A stretch of DNA of 64,000 nucleotides. Origin: Octopus bimaculoides (taxonomy: Eukaryota). The position numbers and the translations under genes were made by a program. The stretch spans positions 44,339,591 to 44,403,590 of the forward strand of contig NC_068989.1 in the NCBI RefSeq assembly GCF_001194135.2, written 5' to 3'. The notes beneath the pieces were generated by a model, which saw only the letters and a list, made by a program, of their open reading frames with translations, was not told the origin of the DNA and searched no databases. Positions 12,347-24,897 of the stretch are shown in pieces; the stretch's first letter is position 1, and every line of letters begins with the position of its first letter.

Positions 12347-12649
12347 TAAAAAGGTCGTACGCATAGTAACTGTACTTGCAAGCGATTGACGTAATAATTT
12401 GTAGCACCTGCTGCCACCTGCTGTTGCTGCACCTACTGCAAGGATGCAGATTGTATTGTGCGTATGTTAGTAAGTTCATTTGGTTTTGTTGGTGCAGCTT
12501 CCAGATGTCAAAGGTTAACAGTTCTGAAACTATACACCACATTGTATCNNNNNNNNNNNNNNNNNNNNNNNNNNNNNNNNNNNNNNNNNNNNNNNNNNNN
12601 NNNNNNNNNNNNNNNNNNNNNNNNNNNNNNNNNNNNNNNNNNNNNNNNC

Positions 12650-13556
12650 AATAGCGTATTAATTATTATCTCAGCAATATTAAATGACCATAATGCTGTG
12701 TAGAATCAAAATGCAAAATGCACTGGACAAACTGTTAGAATCACTAACACACCACACAAAAGCATTATCACTCATCTTTTATATCCGAGGAATTTCGACC
12801 CACCACAACCATGCAATGGTACAAGATTGACTGTAACTACAATGACAAGTCATGTCCTACAAGCAACCATTATTTCCGGCTGTCATTGAGGAGAGATCGC
12901 ATACATTCCACGCATGCCCCTTATTCACTCAAATGTGTCATTTGATTTCAAGTACCTCCAGTTCCCAGTGCAATTATGCTTCACGATGACAATCAACAAA
13001 GCCCAGGGTCAAACTTTAAAAACTGTGTGTCTCAATTCACAAATACCCTGCTTTTCTCATGGACATCTGTATATCGCATGCTCTCGAGTTAGCAGTGCAG
13101 ATGACTTGTATATTTATTCTACCAACACTGGACTTACGCAAAACATAGTTTACCCAGAAACATTGTCGGCTTCACTTAACATATGTTGAAGTGTGCAGTC
13201 TGCCCAAACATTAGAGACGATGCTTTTCACAATGAAGCAGCTTCCTTTCCATGTACCTTACTTTCTGCAATACAGATAGCTCTACGTCCTCATACGTCAT
13301 CCAATTCTTAAAATCCGTAAGTCTAGGTAATTCTGGAGGCAATATTAGGATTTCCTTCTAAACTAAGCTGCCATTCTACATGTTTTTGGTGCCAACAATT
13401 TTAGCATTGTTCATCACAAAATTACCGAAAAACGTTTATTAAGAAGAGTTTTTGCTTCACACTCCTCGTATGCCGATTCTTCCCATAAGAAAGAAACAAA
13501 TAATACAATGTGGCTGTAGGTCATAGCACCCTGGCAACGCTGGGATGCATTGCTAG
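12650..13556 (+). mobile_element. Helitron 3' part: PIF1-type helicase C-terminus and CTAG terminus
   Basis: NFDPPQPCNGTRL...IPRMPLI...LQFPVQLCFTMTINKAQGQTL...FSHGHLYIACSRV. Subterminal hairpin CCCTGGCAACGCTGGG, then CTAG|T at 13553-13557. Confidence 0.9.
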
Positions 13557-13673
13557 TATCTTATAATTTTCAAATCCGCCGCGCAAGCGAAGTTACATTC
13601 GGCAGCAAATAATAATTAAAAAAATTAAAACTGCGTACTAGAAAGGCTTTGAAACTACGAAGATTTTTACTGT

Positions 13674-13976
13674 GAAAATAATAAAGGTAGAAAATAAAAA
13701 GAAATTTTCATACCGGTGCGTAATAAAGTTAATAGACAACATATTTTCATATATAACAGTGTATAAACATTTTACGTGTTTATACACGAAAGAGGTGACC
13801 TTAAACTGCCCTTTCTAGCATGTAAGGTGTCATGTCAAAGGTCACCTCTTTCGTGTATAAATGCCTAAATTGTTTATACACTGTTATATATAAAAGTATG
13901 TTGTCTATTGGGTTTATTACGCATGCTAGCTACCGGTATGAAATCTTTTCTCAATTTTCTACTCTTTCCATTTTTC
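13674..13976. repeat. foldback (long inverted repeat) MITE-like element
   Basis: Arms of about 130 bp, e.g. TATACACGAAAGAGGTGACCTT / AAGGTCACCTCTTTTCGTGTATA and TTCATACCGGT / ACCGGTATGAA, around a roughly 35-bp spacer. Confidence 0.8.
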
Positions 13977-14742
13977 TTGAGTGTCAAACGTCAAACTAAT
14001 ACACTTGCTTGTTGTTCCTTCACCTGTCTTTGTCTTTCTATAAATTTGAACTATATATATCAGGCTGAGTAAAATGTAAGCAACGTTTTGAAACATGAAA
14101 TTCATCGCAATATATTTCAACAATGCGGAAATTTTAATCTTCAAAGTAAGTATCCTTACAATCAACAAACTTTTGCCAACAAGTTGCAAGTTTGTTTATT
14201 CCGGTAATATAAAAATCTGGAGTTTTGGAGCTGATGAACTCTTTGAACGCACTTTCAGCATCGGTTTGATTTTTGAACTCCTTCTCTTGCAGAAAACCAT
14301 CAAGTTGCTTGAAAAAGTGGAAGTTGGTAGCAGAAAGTTCTGGGAAATAAACTGGGTGGGGAAGAATTTCGTAGCCAAATTCCCTCAACTTCTGGAGTGT
14401 CATTAGCAAAACGTGTGGTCGAGCATTGTCATGAAGAATGATGGACTCTCTTCCATTGACCAGTCTGGGACGAAGGAGTAGCAGTTTTTCGTTCATTTTT
14501 GGCAATTTCATGGCAATATGTTTCTGTAGTAATGGTTTTTCCGGGCTTTAAGATGTTATAGTGGATGAGTGCAGCAGTACACCACCAAACAGTCATCGTA
14601 ACCTTCTTTTTGAAGAGCTCAGGTTTAGGGGAGGTTTTCGGTGCTTTATTTTGGTCCAACCACTGTGAAGAACGTTTTTTTTTTTATCATTGTAGAGAAT
14701 CCACTTTCCATCGCAAGTTACAATACGATCGAGAAATGGATC

Positions 14743-14887
14743 TGATTTTTTATTGCCTATAAAAGGCGAAACAAAGAATCTTCCGTCAAACATTACAACG
14801 CATAAAGACAATACAAACGCGACAAACACAAACTCAGGGAAATAAAAATACAAAAAGAAGATGAAATCAGAAGAAAAACTAAAATAA
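14743..14887 (-). mobile_element. 5'-truncated retro-insertion of the gag-like-element 3' UTR inside the mariner
   Basis: 13-bp TSD CGAGAAATGGATC (14730-14742, 14888-14900). Resembles 37165-37250; ends TTTCGCCTTTTATAGGCAATAAAAAATCA. Confidence 0.7.
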
Positions 14888-15348
14888 CGAGAAATGGATC
14901 GGTCTGGTTACAGAGAAGAAGCAACGAGCAAATTTCATATCTGCACATTTTCTGATTTTCATTCAAATCGTGTGGCACCCATTTGTCATCCTTCTTTGAT
15001 TTTCTGATCGCATGCAAATGGTTGCATGCAGTTTTCTGGCTAACTTGAAGTTGTTTTTTTTTCTGCCAGTTCTCGAGTGGTTTTACGTGGATCTTTCTCA
15101 ATGACGGTTTTTAATTGACCGTCATCGATGACAGGTGGGCGTCCACTACGCTCACGATCTTCAAGGCTCAGGTCTCCACTGCAAAATCGCTTAAACCATT
15201 TTCGAGCTGACCACTCACTGGTCATTTCCTCGCCAAACGTTTTGTTGATATTTCGAACAGTTTCAGCTGCTTTACGTCCTTTTTTTGAAGTTAAATAGCA
15301 AAATTGCTCGAATGTCGCGCTTTGACAGTGCTATTTCAGATGAGTATA

Positions 15349-15773
15349 TTAGGATGTTACGAAAATAATGGCCGATTTCAGAAACATGATTTTATTCCCG
15401 AAAGATTAACAATTTCATCTTCAAGGCTCTCTTCACCACGACGGAATTTCTGAAACCACCTTCGTACCGTGCGATCACTTGTGGACCCCTCTCTTCATGC
15501 TCTGTTGATATTGGCAGCAGTTTGGGAGGCACTGTGCCCGAGGTTGAACTCATGCAAGAAAAGTAAGCAAAGGTCCTTTTTTGTCATGTTCATAATTATG
15601 GGAGCCTATGCTTCAAAAATGTTTTCTGTCTGAAACAAGTAGAAAATTATTAAAGAGCATACATCAATTATTAAGTTTGTCGAAAATCATCTAAAATATT
15701 ATTAAAATACAATGATAAAATTTCTTTTCAAAGCACAACATTTAGAGCGGCCATTATTTTCGGAACAACCTAA
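15349..15773 (-). mobile_element. internally deleted second mariner nested in the first
   Basis: TIRs TTAGG(A/T)TGTT(A/C)CGAAAATAATGGCCG at both ends with TA TSD. Encodes MNMTKKDLCLLFLHEFNLGHSASQTAANINRA*...TVRRWFQKFRRG. Confidence 0.85.
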
Positions 15774-15950
15774 TAGCAACGGTGAAAAAATATCAATGTT
15801 AATTTATTGATGCATTTGGGCAAGTCTATGTCTGTATTATCAGACACTTGCAAAAAAATGCTTTAAAAAAAATTCAAAACTCTGCAAAAATCCAGTACAA
15901 ATTCTTCATGGTTCAAAACGTTGCTTACCTTTTACTCAACCTGATATATA

Positions 15951-17234
15951 CAGGAGTTGGACAAAATAATGGAAACACCAAGCATTATAGCATCATAATT
16001 TTGTAATATTTATAAAACTATCAAAAACTGGTTAATTTGTATGTTTTTTGATTTATTATTAGTGTTACTTAATGTTTTGCTAAAATTGCTGTTTCGTTTC
16101 AGATATCATCAGATAAAGGTAATTAAAATTCATCAAAATGACAGATCTATCAGACTTCCAAAGAGCTCAAATTGTTGGTGCCCGTATGACAGGTGCTAGC
16201 GTAACAAAAACAGCCGAAATGTTTGGTATCAAGAAGTACTGTCTCGAAAGTAATGACAGCCTTTGAGAAAGAGGGAAAAAAACCTCCTCGTCGAAACAAA
16301 ACTCCGGAAGAAAACCAAAACTTTCAGATAGGGACTCTTATGTCGGACTTTTATGTGAATTGTTGGAAAGGATCACAAAAGTATAGCTCTCAAAATTACT
16401 GCAGAGCTTAATGACCACTTCGAGAACCCAGTTTCCACAAAAACTGTTCACCGGGAGCTATACAAAGCTGGATTTCATGGGAGAGCTGCAATCAGAAAAC
16501 CACTAGTTTAAAAAACAAACGTTGCAAAGCATTTAGAGTAGAGCAAAAACCTACAGAATTGGTCCCTAGAGCGGCGGAAGAATGTTATTTTCTCGGACGA
16601 GTCATCCTTTACCTTATTTCCGACAACCGGTCGAGTATATGTGTGGAGACAGCCAAAAGAAGCATTTGACCCAGACTGCCTTCTTCCAACTGTTAAACAT
16701 GGAGGAGTATCTGTGATGATCGAGGCGGGGGGGGGGCTATATCTTGGAAATCCGCCGGCCCAATGGTTTCCCTTCATGGCAGAATTAATAGTCAAAACTA
16801 TTTAAGCATTTTATCTGATCAAATTCATCCTATGGTTGCAGAACTGTTTCCGCAGGGAAACACACTCTTCCAGGATGATAATGTACCAATTCATACAGCT
16901 AAAGTTGGTACTGAATGGCACGAGGAACATTCTAGTGAAGTTGAACATCTTATCTGGCCACCACAGTCCCCAGATCTCAATATTATTGAACATTTATGGT
17001 GCATTTTAGAAAAACAAATAAGGAGTCGATATCTTCCACCATCATCCCTACAAGAACTGGAGACTGTTTTAGCTGAAGGATGGACAAAAATTCCTTTGGA
17101 AACAATTCAAAGTTTGTACGAGTCCATAGCTCGTAGAATTGAAGCTGTAATTACTGCCAAAGGCGTTCCTACCCCATATTAAAATAAATTTGTTTGAAAT
17201 TTTAAGGTGTTTCCATTATTTTGTCCAACCCCTG
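15951..17234 (+). mobile_element. full-length Tc1 (DD34E) transposon, frameshifted
   Basis: TIRs CAGGAGTTGGACAAAATAATGGAAACACC / GGTGTTTCCATTATTTTGTCCAACCCCTG. Motifs IFSDESSF, FQDDNVPIH, WPPQSPDLNIIEHLW. Confidence 0.95.
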
Positions 17235-17269
<35 letters not shown>

Positions 17270-17299
17270 AAGTTAATTGCAGAATAAAACTGTTAGGTC

Positions 17300-18060
17300 A
17301 TCGACTCAAAAAGCCACAGCCCACCAATGACCACATATAAGAAGTACAGCATAAACCACAAAACCAAATTAGCAAAAGGAAGTCAAAATTTTTATACATA
17401 AGAATAAAATCGATTAAAAACATAATAGAATAACATAAATAAATAAACTGCGATTAAAAAGTTGATAGACCGGTACAGATATAGTGGAATAAAAAAATAT
17501 ATATATAGAAAAAATAATATAGAGAAAAAAAATAATACATAGGGGAACGTAGTAAAATAGTTCATTCGTTGAGGTTAATGGCTAATAAAAGAAGTTTAAA
17601 TTTAAATTGTACGAAAGTTCATTACTTCCCTCACGACAGCAAGTTTAGCAGGTAAAATCCAATTTCGTAATTCATACACAGGAATACCGAGGTACACGGG
17701 ACGACATAATAACAGAACATCCAATGTGTAACAAAGTAAAATCCATATTTCACCATCAGCGTTATTTAAGTCCAAGAAAATCAAGGCACAAAAGTCGATA
17801 CATTAAACCAACATCCAACAGGTAACATCGGTAAAGTCAAACCATAATTTAACATCATTTACAATGGATTACAAATATAGCTCGGAATACAAACACAAAA
17901 CACCTATGGCCATTTCGGGGGTATATCACCGTATTTAGAGCACAATAGAGCACAAACTAGTGATAACCCCGTCTTCAGGGTAAAGAACACACACAAGCAT
18001 CAACGAAGGCACCAGTAAAAAGAAAATTTGTCTCAACTAGTTTGAGCACTTCTTTTACAG
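17300..18060 (-). mobile_element. probable Penelope-like element remnant carrying a hammerhead
   Basis: Inferred only from the minimal type I hammerhead; no RT or GIY-YIG coding seen. Confidence 0.4.
17901..17982 (-). ncRNA. type I hammerhead ribozyme with palindromic stem III
   Basis: Minus strand TACC-CTGAAGA-cGGGGTTATCAC...GTGATATACCCCc-GAA-ATGGCCAT-A-GGTG. Core intact; predicted cleavage after AUA (between 17905 and 17904). Confidence 0.75.
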
Positions 18061-18516
18061 CCTTGTATAAATTCTTGGTTTTCTAATACAAAACCGTTAA
18101 TATTGAATAATTATATATATATATTCGAAATCTATGTTTACAGATAATTGTATTTTTTTCTGTAATTTTCACTAGTCTTGCTCGATTTACGTTTTTGTTA
18201 CTTCGCTAAATCCCCTTTGAGAATTATTCGGTCTTAGTAGACACATGACATGTGATCTTCTTCTAGCACATTAGCAGTCCACCTAGTGGCCTCCTTTATA
18301 TATATTTTTTATATATACTTATATATACATATACAATAATCGTTTGAGATCTCAGATATTTTTTCTGAATCTCCCTGATTCTTTTAATGTACTTGTTACC
18401 TGGTATTAAATTGATATTAATTAATATCCAATTTTTTTACCCTATTGTTTAATTTCTTTATATATATATATATATATNNNNNNNNNNNNNNNNNNNNNNN
18501 NNNNNNNNNNNNNNNN

Positions 18517-18544
<28 letters not shown>

Positions 18545-18547
<3 letters not shown>

Positions 18548-18730
18548 TGTGTGTGTCAGTGTTTGTCCCTCACCATTGCTTGACAACCGGTGTGGATGTG
18601 TTTAGAGACCAATAGAATAAGTACCAAGTTTTAAAAATAAGTACTGGGGTTGATTCATTCGACTTAAAATTCTTCAAGGTGGTGTCCCAGCATGGTTGCA
18701 GTCTAAAGACTGCAGATAAGAGATAAAAGA
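18545..18730 (+). mobile_element. SINE family B 3' part
   Basis: CACCATTGCTTGACAACCGG...GTACTGGGGTTGATT...GATAAAAGA. Confidence 0.8.
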
Positions 18731-19399
18731 GTTACAGACTTTGAAAGTTTTTGTCGATGCTGAATATTTTTATGAATGTCCCAACAGGTATTTAATTATT
18801 GTTTTAAGAGCGAACACTCTTAAGGCATTTCTCAAACAATAACTCTGTAAATTTTTTTCTTATTTATTCGTCATTAAGTGTTGTTTCCTGTTTGCTTCTA
18901 TCTAGAAATCAAAGGAAATGACTACTAATCCCTTCAAACTTTGATTTTGTAACCTGGACATCAATGTTTTGAAACTGATTTATTTTCCATTACTTTTCAG
19001 ACAGATTCAGTGCCGAGATGCTGAAGCCGAAATATTATTATTGCAAATATCCTGCTCAATACCACAGATTTGCTTACCAGTTGCTTGACCTTAACTACTT
19101 GAACATGTACTTCAGTGGCTGAGAATATGTGCAACTCTGTTCATGAGCAGGAATAGTGGGGAGTACCATAGCTATGCGTTGAGAGGAATTCTTTGGGGGT
19201 TTGGATAAATGTAACGAAAGCAAAGTTTGAAGGAAATATTAGCCATTTTTCATACTTTCTAAGGGTAAGCAAATGGGAAATAACAGTTGCTACCCAAGGA
19301 CAACAACTATATGTAATAAATATAACAACAATAACAACAGCAATAATCATTTCTGCTATAGACACAAAGTCTGAAATTTCTGCCGAAGTAGTAGTCGAT

Positions 19400-19562
19400 A
19401 ACATTAACCCCAGTACATGAATGGTACTTATTTTATCGACTTCGAAAGGATGAAAGGCAAAGTCGACCATGGCGTTGTTTGAGCTCAGAGCGGAGGGAAC
19501 CGGAATAAATTATGCTAAGCAATATATACGATACGGTAACGATTCTGCCAATTGGCCGCCTT
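19400..19562 (-). mobile_element. SINE family A
   Basis: Core GAAAGGATGAAAGGCAAAGTCGACC. Confidence 0.8.
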
Positions 19563-22049
19563 AAGAAATTCTTTCTAATTTTGGAACAAGGCCTGAAATT
19601 TTGAGTCGAGGGAGCAAATCGATACTGTCGTATTAGCTGTATGAGTATTTGATGGTTGGTATTAAGTTTAACTTTGTGTCGTCATAAACCAACAACGAAC
19701 TTTGAGGAAATAACATTTATTTTTATCGATGTCAATCACAATATTTACATTGTTATATTATAGTTTGTCAGCAGCGTAATGTAGTGAGCTAGAACCGAAC
19801 GTAGTTGTAACTGAATTACAAAGAAAAGAGATTAGCTTTGCGTGAGAGGCAGGAATAATGCTTGCCTATCCTAGTTGAAGAATTCATTTTAACTCGGGAC
19901 TGAACTTCAGTCAAGGAAAACTTGACGAAGTAAGAGCTCCTTCCTTGTGCTTCTAAATTGTGCCGCTCTGATTTGTTTACACGCATTGTGTTTATATAAC
20001 TACAAAAGTGCAGGAATTCTTGGAACACTATAAAACATTCTTTAATATGAGGGTGACGTTCCAGCAAGTCGCCTGACATAAGTGTGGTCCGGGCCTAGTT
20101 ATTACAGTTGTGGGGTTTCGAGTCCCAGACCTCGCTACAATATTATTAACCCAAGTAGTTGACTGCGCAAAAGTCAACGTTGATCTCAGTGGTATTTCAC
20201 CTCAGACTGTAGAGTCGAAAGAAATATTGCAAAGCATTTTGTCCTATGTTTTAACAACTCTGCCAAATCTAACACCTTAAGCAACGATAACAATTTCGGA
20301 GTTAGTCTTTCTCATTCGCAAAATGAGCCCCACCTAATTTTGCTCAGATTGCTTTCAATCTGAGAATTCTGATTACGTTCAACCAATTACTTTATCTCGT
20401 AAATTAAAGAATCTGATGTTATTTGGAATTAACGCTGGGAAATTTGGGTAATTTTAGCCAATCAACAGACAGCGTGGCATTTGCAGCTTGTTACCATGAC
20501 AAACGCACGCTGTTTTGGTTCACTGTTGTCTGTGCCGCTGTTGTCTATGTTGATTTTTCACACTTAGTATTTTTACATATTTTTCATTTCAAATATTTTG
20601 GGGACTACACACACACACACACACACATGCACTTATATATTAATGATGTACATGGCAGGTATACATAATACTGAAGTACACATAAAGTAAACACATGCAG
20701 ACAAATATATTAATATAACAATTTTTTTAAAAATGATAAAAACATACAACAAATGAAGAAACAAAAGAAACAGAAACATGATACATGTTGATTTTCTTAG
20801 TTATTTCTGTTTATTTAGAAACCTACAATGAACAGGTCAGACGCTAAACTATAAATTTCACAGGCTACAACTTTAAAGTTGACACCGCTCCGCTAAACGC
20901 AGAAAATTTCTGTCTCGCTATTGGTTAAAAATGCCCAGTTTTTTCGATCTTTAAACCCCTGTAACTTTTTTCTCCAATTTTTTTTTTGTCCACAACATCA
21001 TACCTTCAAAGCAATGAGACTGGAAGACAACATTATTATAGCCGATTTTCAGATTTTTTTTACTTCGTTTTAAAAAGGCATATTTTGCGAATGAAAAAAA
21101 ACTAGATCCACAATTTCTAATTTAGCAGTTTTGACGGTTCTTGATTGGAATTTGATTTTATTGATCACGAAGGAACGAAAGGCATCGGGTTTTAAAGTCA
21201 AAAGGTAAAGACCTGGAACAAATGCCGCAAGTACTCAGTGACTTTGGTATTCAGTGGCACGCGCGCATACGCACACATGCACACACACACACATACACGC
21301 ACGTACACAAACATACATACATACATAATACACAAATGTATGCATAAATACATTTATATACATACAGACACACAGGCGTAAATAGCATATATCCATTCCA
21401 CTCTATATTGTTGTTGCTGCTATTATTGTAGTCGTGTAGTCGTGGTTTAGCATGAAATCAACGCTAACTGAATAGAAGGCTTTCCAGTGTGCCCATTTCG
21501 CCTTTTTAAGATCATGTAAGATTACATCATTTAATGCGTTCTTTCCCTGTTTAAGATAGTAGTATGTGATTTGACTGTGGTTTCGCAGCTGTTTCTAGCA
21601 AATAGGGCTACTAGTGGTGGTCATTACGAAAGGTTCAAGTTCAAGTCCAAATGTGAAATATTTCCCCCCATCCTTTCAGATTGTTCATTAATTATTTTAA
21701 TTATTAGTAATACATTTATAGGACTTATGTATAGATTACTGGAAGTCACACATGTAGTGAAATTTTTAACCAAAGATCCCCTTTGCTTCTAACAGAAGGA
21801 GTAAATCTAAATTTGTATGCCAGAATCAACTGGTCACTTACTCCCTTCTCTCTGTTCTGACATGCTAAAAAAGATAATAGCAACAGAAACTCTATAAGTC
21901 AAAGAAGGAACCTTTACACCAAGATAGAAAACATTTTTAGTACCAGGAGACGTGAGAGTGAGGCATCTGTGGTGAGGAAAATAATGAAGCTTTGATTGTA
22001 CGTATTCTTAAATATACCAGGAATTAAGTTACTGGTTCGATTTTAGGAC

Positions 22050-23300
22050 ACCGGGGATTGAGTTAGCTTTTGCCTGCAGAAGAATTTCTTATGCAATCTC
22101 TTGTCAACCACAATCCCCTTAAGATGGTCTCAGTTGCCATGGATGTCTCCTTTGAGGTTTTCTTCAATTGTTTGGGTTCCAAAACTATCCTCTGCAGGAA
22201 ATAGTGCACCGATCCCGCTGGAAAACTGCACTATCCGACTTCAACGGGAAATGGGGTTGCATGCCATCTTTTGATAAGAACTTCATCAATCAAGTTCTAG
22301 TATTTGTCTCTGTTTAGTTAGTGAGAAATGTGAAAACTGTCCTTCCAGAACGCTGTGAGTTCAGCCACGATGATCGTTTTTGTGATTCTGGATAGAAAAT
22401 CGATGTCTGGCTGGAGCGACTTTACCTCCGCCTCTTCTGGAAAGATGAGTCTACTCTTCAGATTTGCTTGCAACACTTTGTCAGAGATCTGATGCAAAAT
22501 ACAAGACAGGTCTCCAACAGCTGCTTTTGCCTTAGGAGCTTTATTGCCTTCCCTTAAGAATCTGATACTTTGGGCTAGTGTGGGTTGTTAACTGGCCTTA
22601 ACGTTCTGCAGATTCATTCTCTTCGCATTTTTTGCATGTGTAGGCCTTCTCCCATTGCCTTTGATCATCTGGTCAAAATGTGGCTCAGAGCGAAAAGCTG
22701 TGTAGTGGATTTTCTTTTCCCCATATTTTAATGTTATTTAGAGGTTGGTTGTAAAGTCTGCGATAGTGCACTGAAGGAAGGACAACTTCCTTTGGTCAGT
22801 ACTCTGAGATCCTTCAAGGACAGTGGGCGCTTGAGTGCCTGGTTCCATAGTATCCACTATCTCTGGCAAGCAAACCTCGCCAACCACTTTACACAGCGAT
22901 CTTCTGTTGTCCTTATCATTGACATTGCTCTACTTTTTAGTGCTGTAGTTGCCAAATCCTAGTACTTTTGACAAACTACTTCCAACAGTATCTGATGTTT
23001 CCGCTTTCTTCACAGTTTCCTAGAACTTTCACTTCCTGTTGCCCTTTTATGGTCTTGTTGACGTGTCTGACTTTCTCATCATCAGATATTAGTAATGTAC
23101 TGACTGCTTTTATTTTGGTGGCGTTAAATACCTCCACTACTGATGGAATCCGATGGCGGAGTATAGAGGTTTTGCTGTACAAGTTGATTGAGCTGAAAAC
23201 TGAAAGAGCGTCCAATTATTCTATGTTCGAATTTACCTTATTATCTTTTCATTGCCTCGACCTGAATCAAAGGGAGGTCACACTCACTTCAGCTTGGGTA
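22050..23300 (-). mobile_element. degraded Hero-like RLE non-LTR retrotransposon 3' part
   Basis: Minus-strand remnants IPSVVEVFNATKIK..., SLQPDIDFLSRITKTIIVAELTAFWKD and WHATPFPVEVG, homologous to the 56-57 kb copy. Confidence 0.7.
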
Positions 23301-23383
23301 TGATCTCAGGCACAACAAAACATACGCACTTGCTAGTGTGTGTGTGTGTGTGTGAGTGATAATACTTTTTTTTTTAATTCCGG

Positions 23384-24878
23384 GTGAATCCTTGTGTTTT
23401 AGAAATTTTTGATTCTGCAGAACTGTTGGCTTCTCGACTGAAAGAGAAGAATCTTCTAGAGAATGGTGTCCGTATAACATTTTATCGGAGTCGACAGGAA
23501 GAGTTCCTTTCTTTTTTCACGAAAGAGGAAGAGCTGGTTTACTGCAGAGATGTCAGTGGGATTCTTAAAAAACTTGGCATTGAGGAATACAAATCAGAGG
23601 AATGGTGTTTTTTCATAGACCGCTCTAAGCGTAGTTTAAAATGTGTATTGTTGTACAACGGAAATATGTATGGCTCTGTCCCACTCGACCACTCAACAAC
23701 TCTGAAGGAAAAATATGAAGAAATTAAATTGGTTTTAGAGAAGATACTGTATCATGACCATAAATGGGTCGTTTGTGTTGACTTAAAGATGGTGAATTTT
23801 CTCATGAGACAGCAATCCGGTTATATCAAATACCTATGCTTTCTTTGCATGTGGGACAGTAGAGATTAAGGAAACCACTATGTTAAGAAAGACTGGCAGC
23901 TTCGAACAAATATGGCTCCATGTAAAGCTGCCAATATATTGGAAAAACCTTTAGCTGTGCGAGATAAGATCATTTTCCCCCCTTTGCACATCAAACTCGG
24001 ATTGACCAAGCAATTCCTCAAAGCTCTTGACAAAAATTGGGAGTGCTTCAAGTATATCTGGAGTGTATTTCCAGACTTGACGATTGAAAAACTTAAAGCA
24101 GGGATTTTTGATGAACCACAGATCCTTAAGCTCTTGAAGGACACAGATTTCGTGAAAGTAATGAGCGAAAATGAAGCATCAGCTTGGCTAACCTTTGCAG
24201 AAGTAGTGCAAAACTTCCTTGGGAAACTCGAAAGTGAAAACTATTAAGACCTTGTTACCAACTTGATATCAACTTTTCGTGATATTGGGGCGAAAATGAG
24301 CATCAAAATGCATTATCTTTTTAGGCATCTTGATTGTTTTCTTGAAAATCTCGGAGATGTTAGCGATGAACAAGGCGAACGATTCCATCAGGACATCAAA
24401 GAGATGGAAACTCGGCACCAGGGTCATTGGGACGCTGTGATGATGACAGGCTATTGCTGGTGTTTAAAACGAGATACTCCTGTTGCTCAACATTCACGGT
24501 GCACAAAGAAGTGCAAAATTTATTCCTTGAATTTTCTGCCAAAAATCTTAACCAATGTGCATTTTGAATTTTGAATTTTTATTTGTACTTCGTTTTATTT
24601 TGTGTTACGCTCTATTTGTTGAAAACCTGAAGTTATTTTTGAATTTAGCAGGTAAAATCACTTGAGAATTCGTTAAGATATTCAAGGCACCACACACACA
24701 AAAATTTTTTGTTGCCCACTGTTATATGCCTCTTATATGAATAAAATACTTACTCTATCAGGTCTAGTCAGAAAATTAGACCTGAGAGAGAAAAACTGAA
24801 GTTATTTTTGAATTTAGCAGGCAAAAATCAATTAAGAATTTGTTGAAATATTCCAGGCACCATACTTGTCACCCAGTG
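23384..24878 (+). mobile_element. Chapaev3-type (CMC superfamily) DNA transposon, 5'-truncated, transposase with in-frame stops, duplicated 3' end
   Basis: SAELLASRLKEKNLL, FIDRSKRSLKCVLLYNGN, CFLCMWDSR, FPPLHIKLGL, LGDVSDEQGERFHQDI, YCWCLKRD. Terminus-like GTTGCCCACTG (24711-24721) and GTCACCCAGTG (24868-24878), each followed by TTA. Confidence 0.8.
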
Positions 24879-24897
24879 TTATGTAAGACCTTTAGAA

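Larger units (their letters stand above)
14060..15944 (-). mobile_element. full-length degraded mariner (Hsmar1/SETMAR-like) with two nested insertions
   Basis: TIRs TCAGGCTGAGTAAAATGTAAGCAACGTTTTGAA / TTCAAAACGTTGCTTACCTTTTACTCAACCTGA with TA flanks. Motifs WVPHDL, VTCDGKW, LHDNARPH, YFPELSATNFHFF. Confidence 0.92.

Noticed and set aside
11341-12432. long Thr/Gly/Val-rich ORFs
   Set aside because: Translations of (GGT/GTT)n microsatellite and N gap.
12350-12520. possible Gln/Ala-rich exon on the minus strand
   Set aside because: In-frame stop just upstream and no convincing splice pair.
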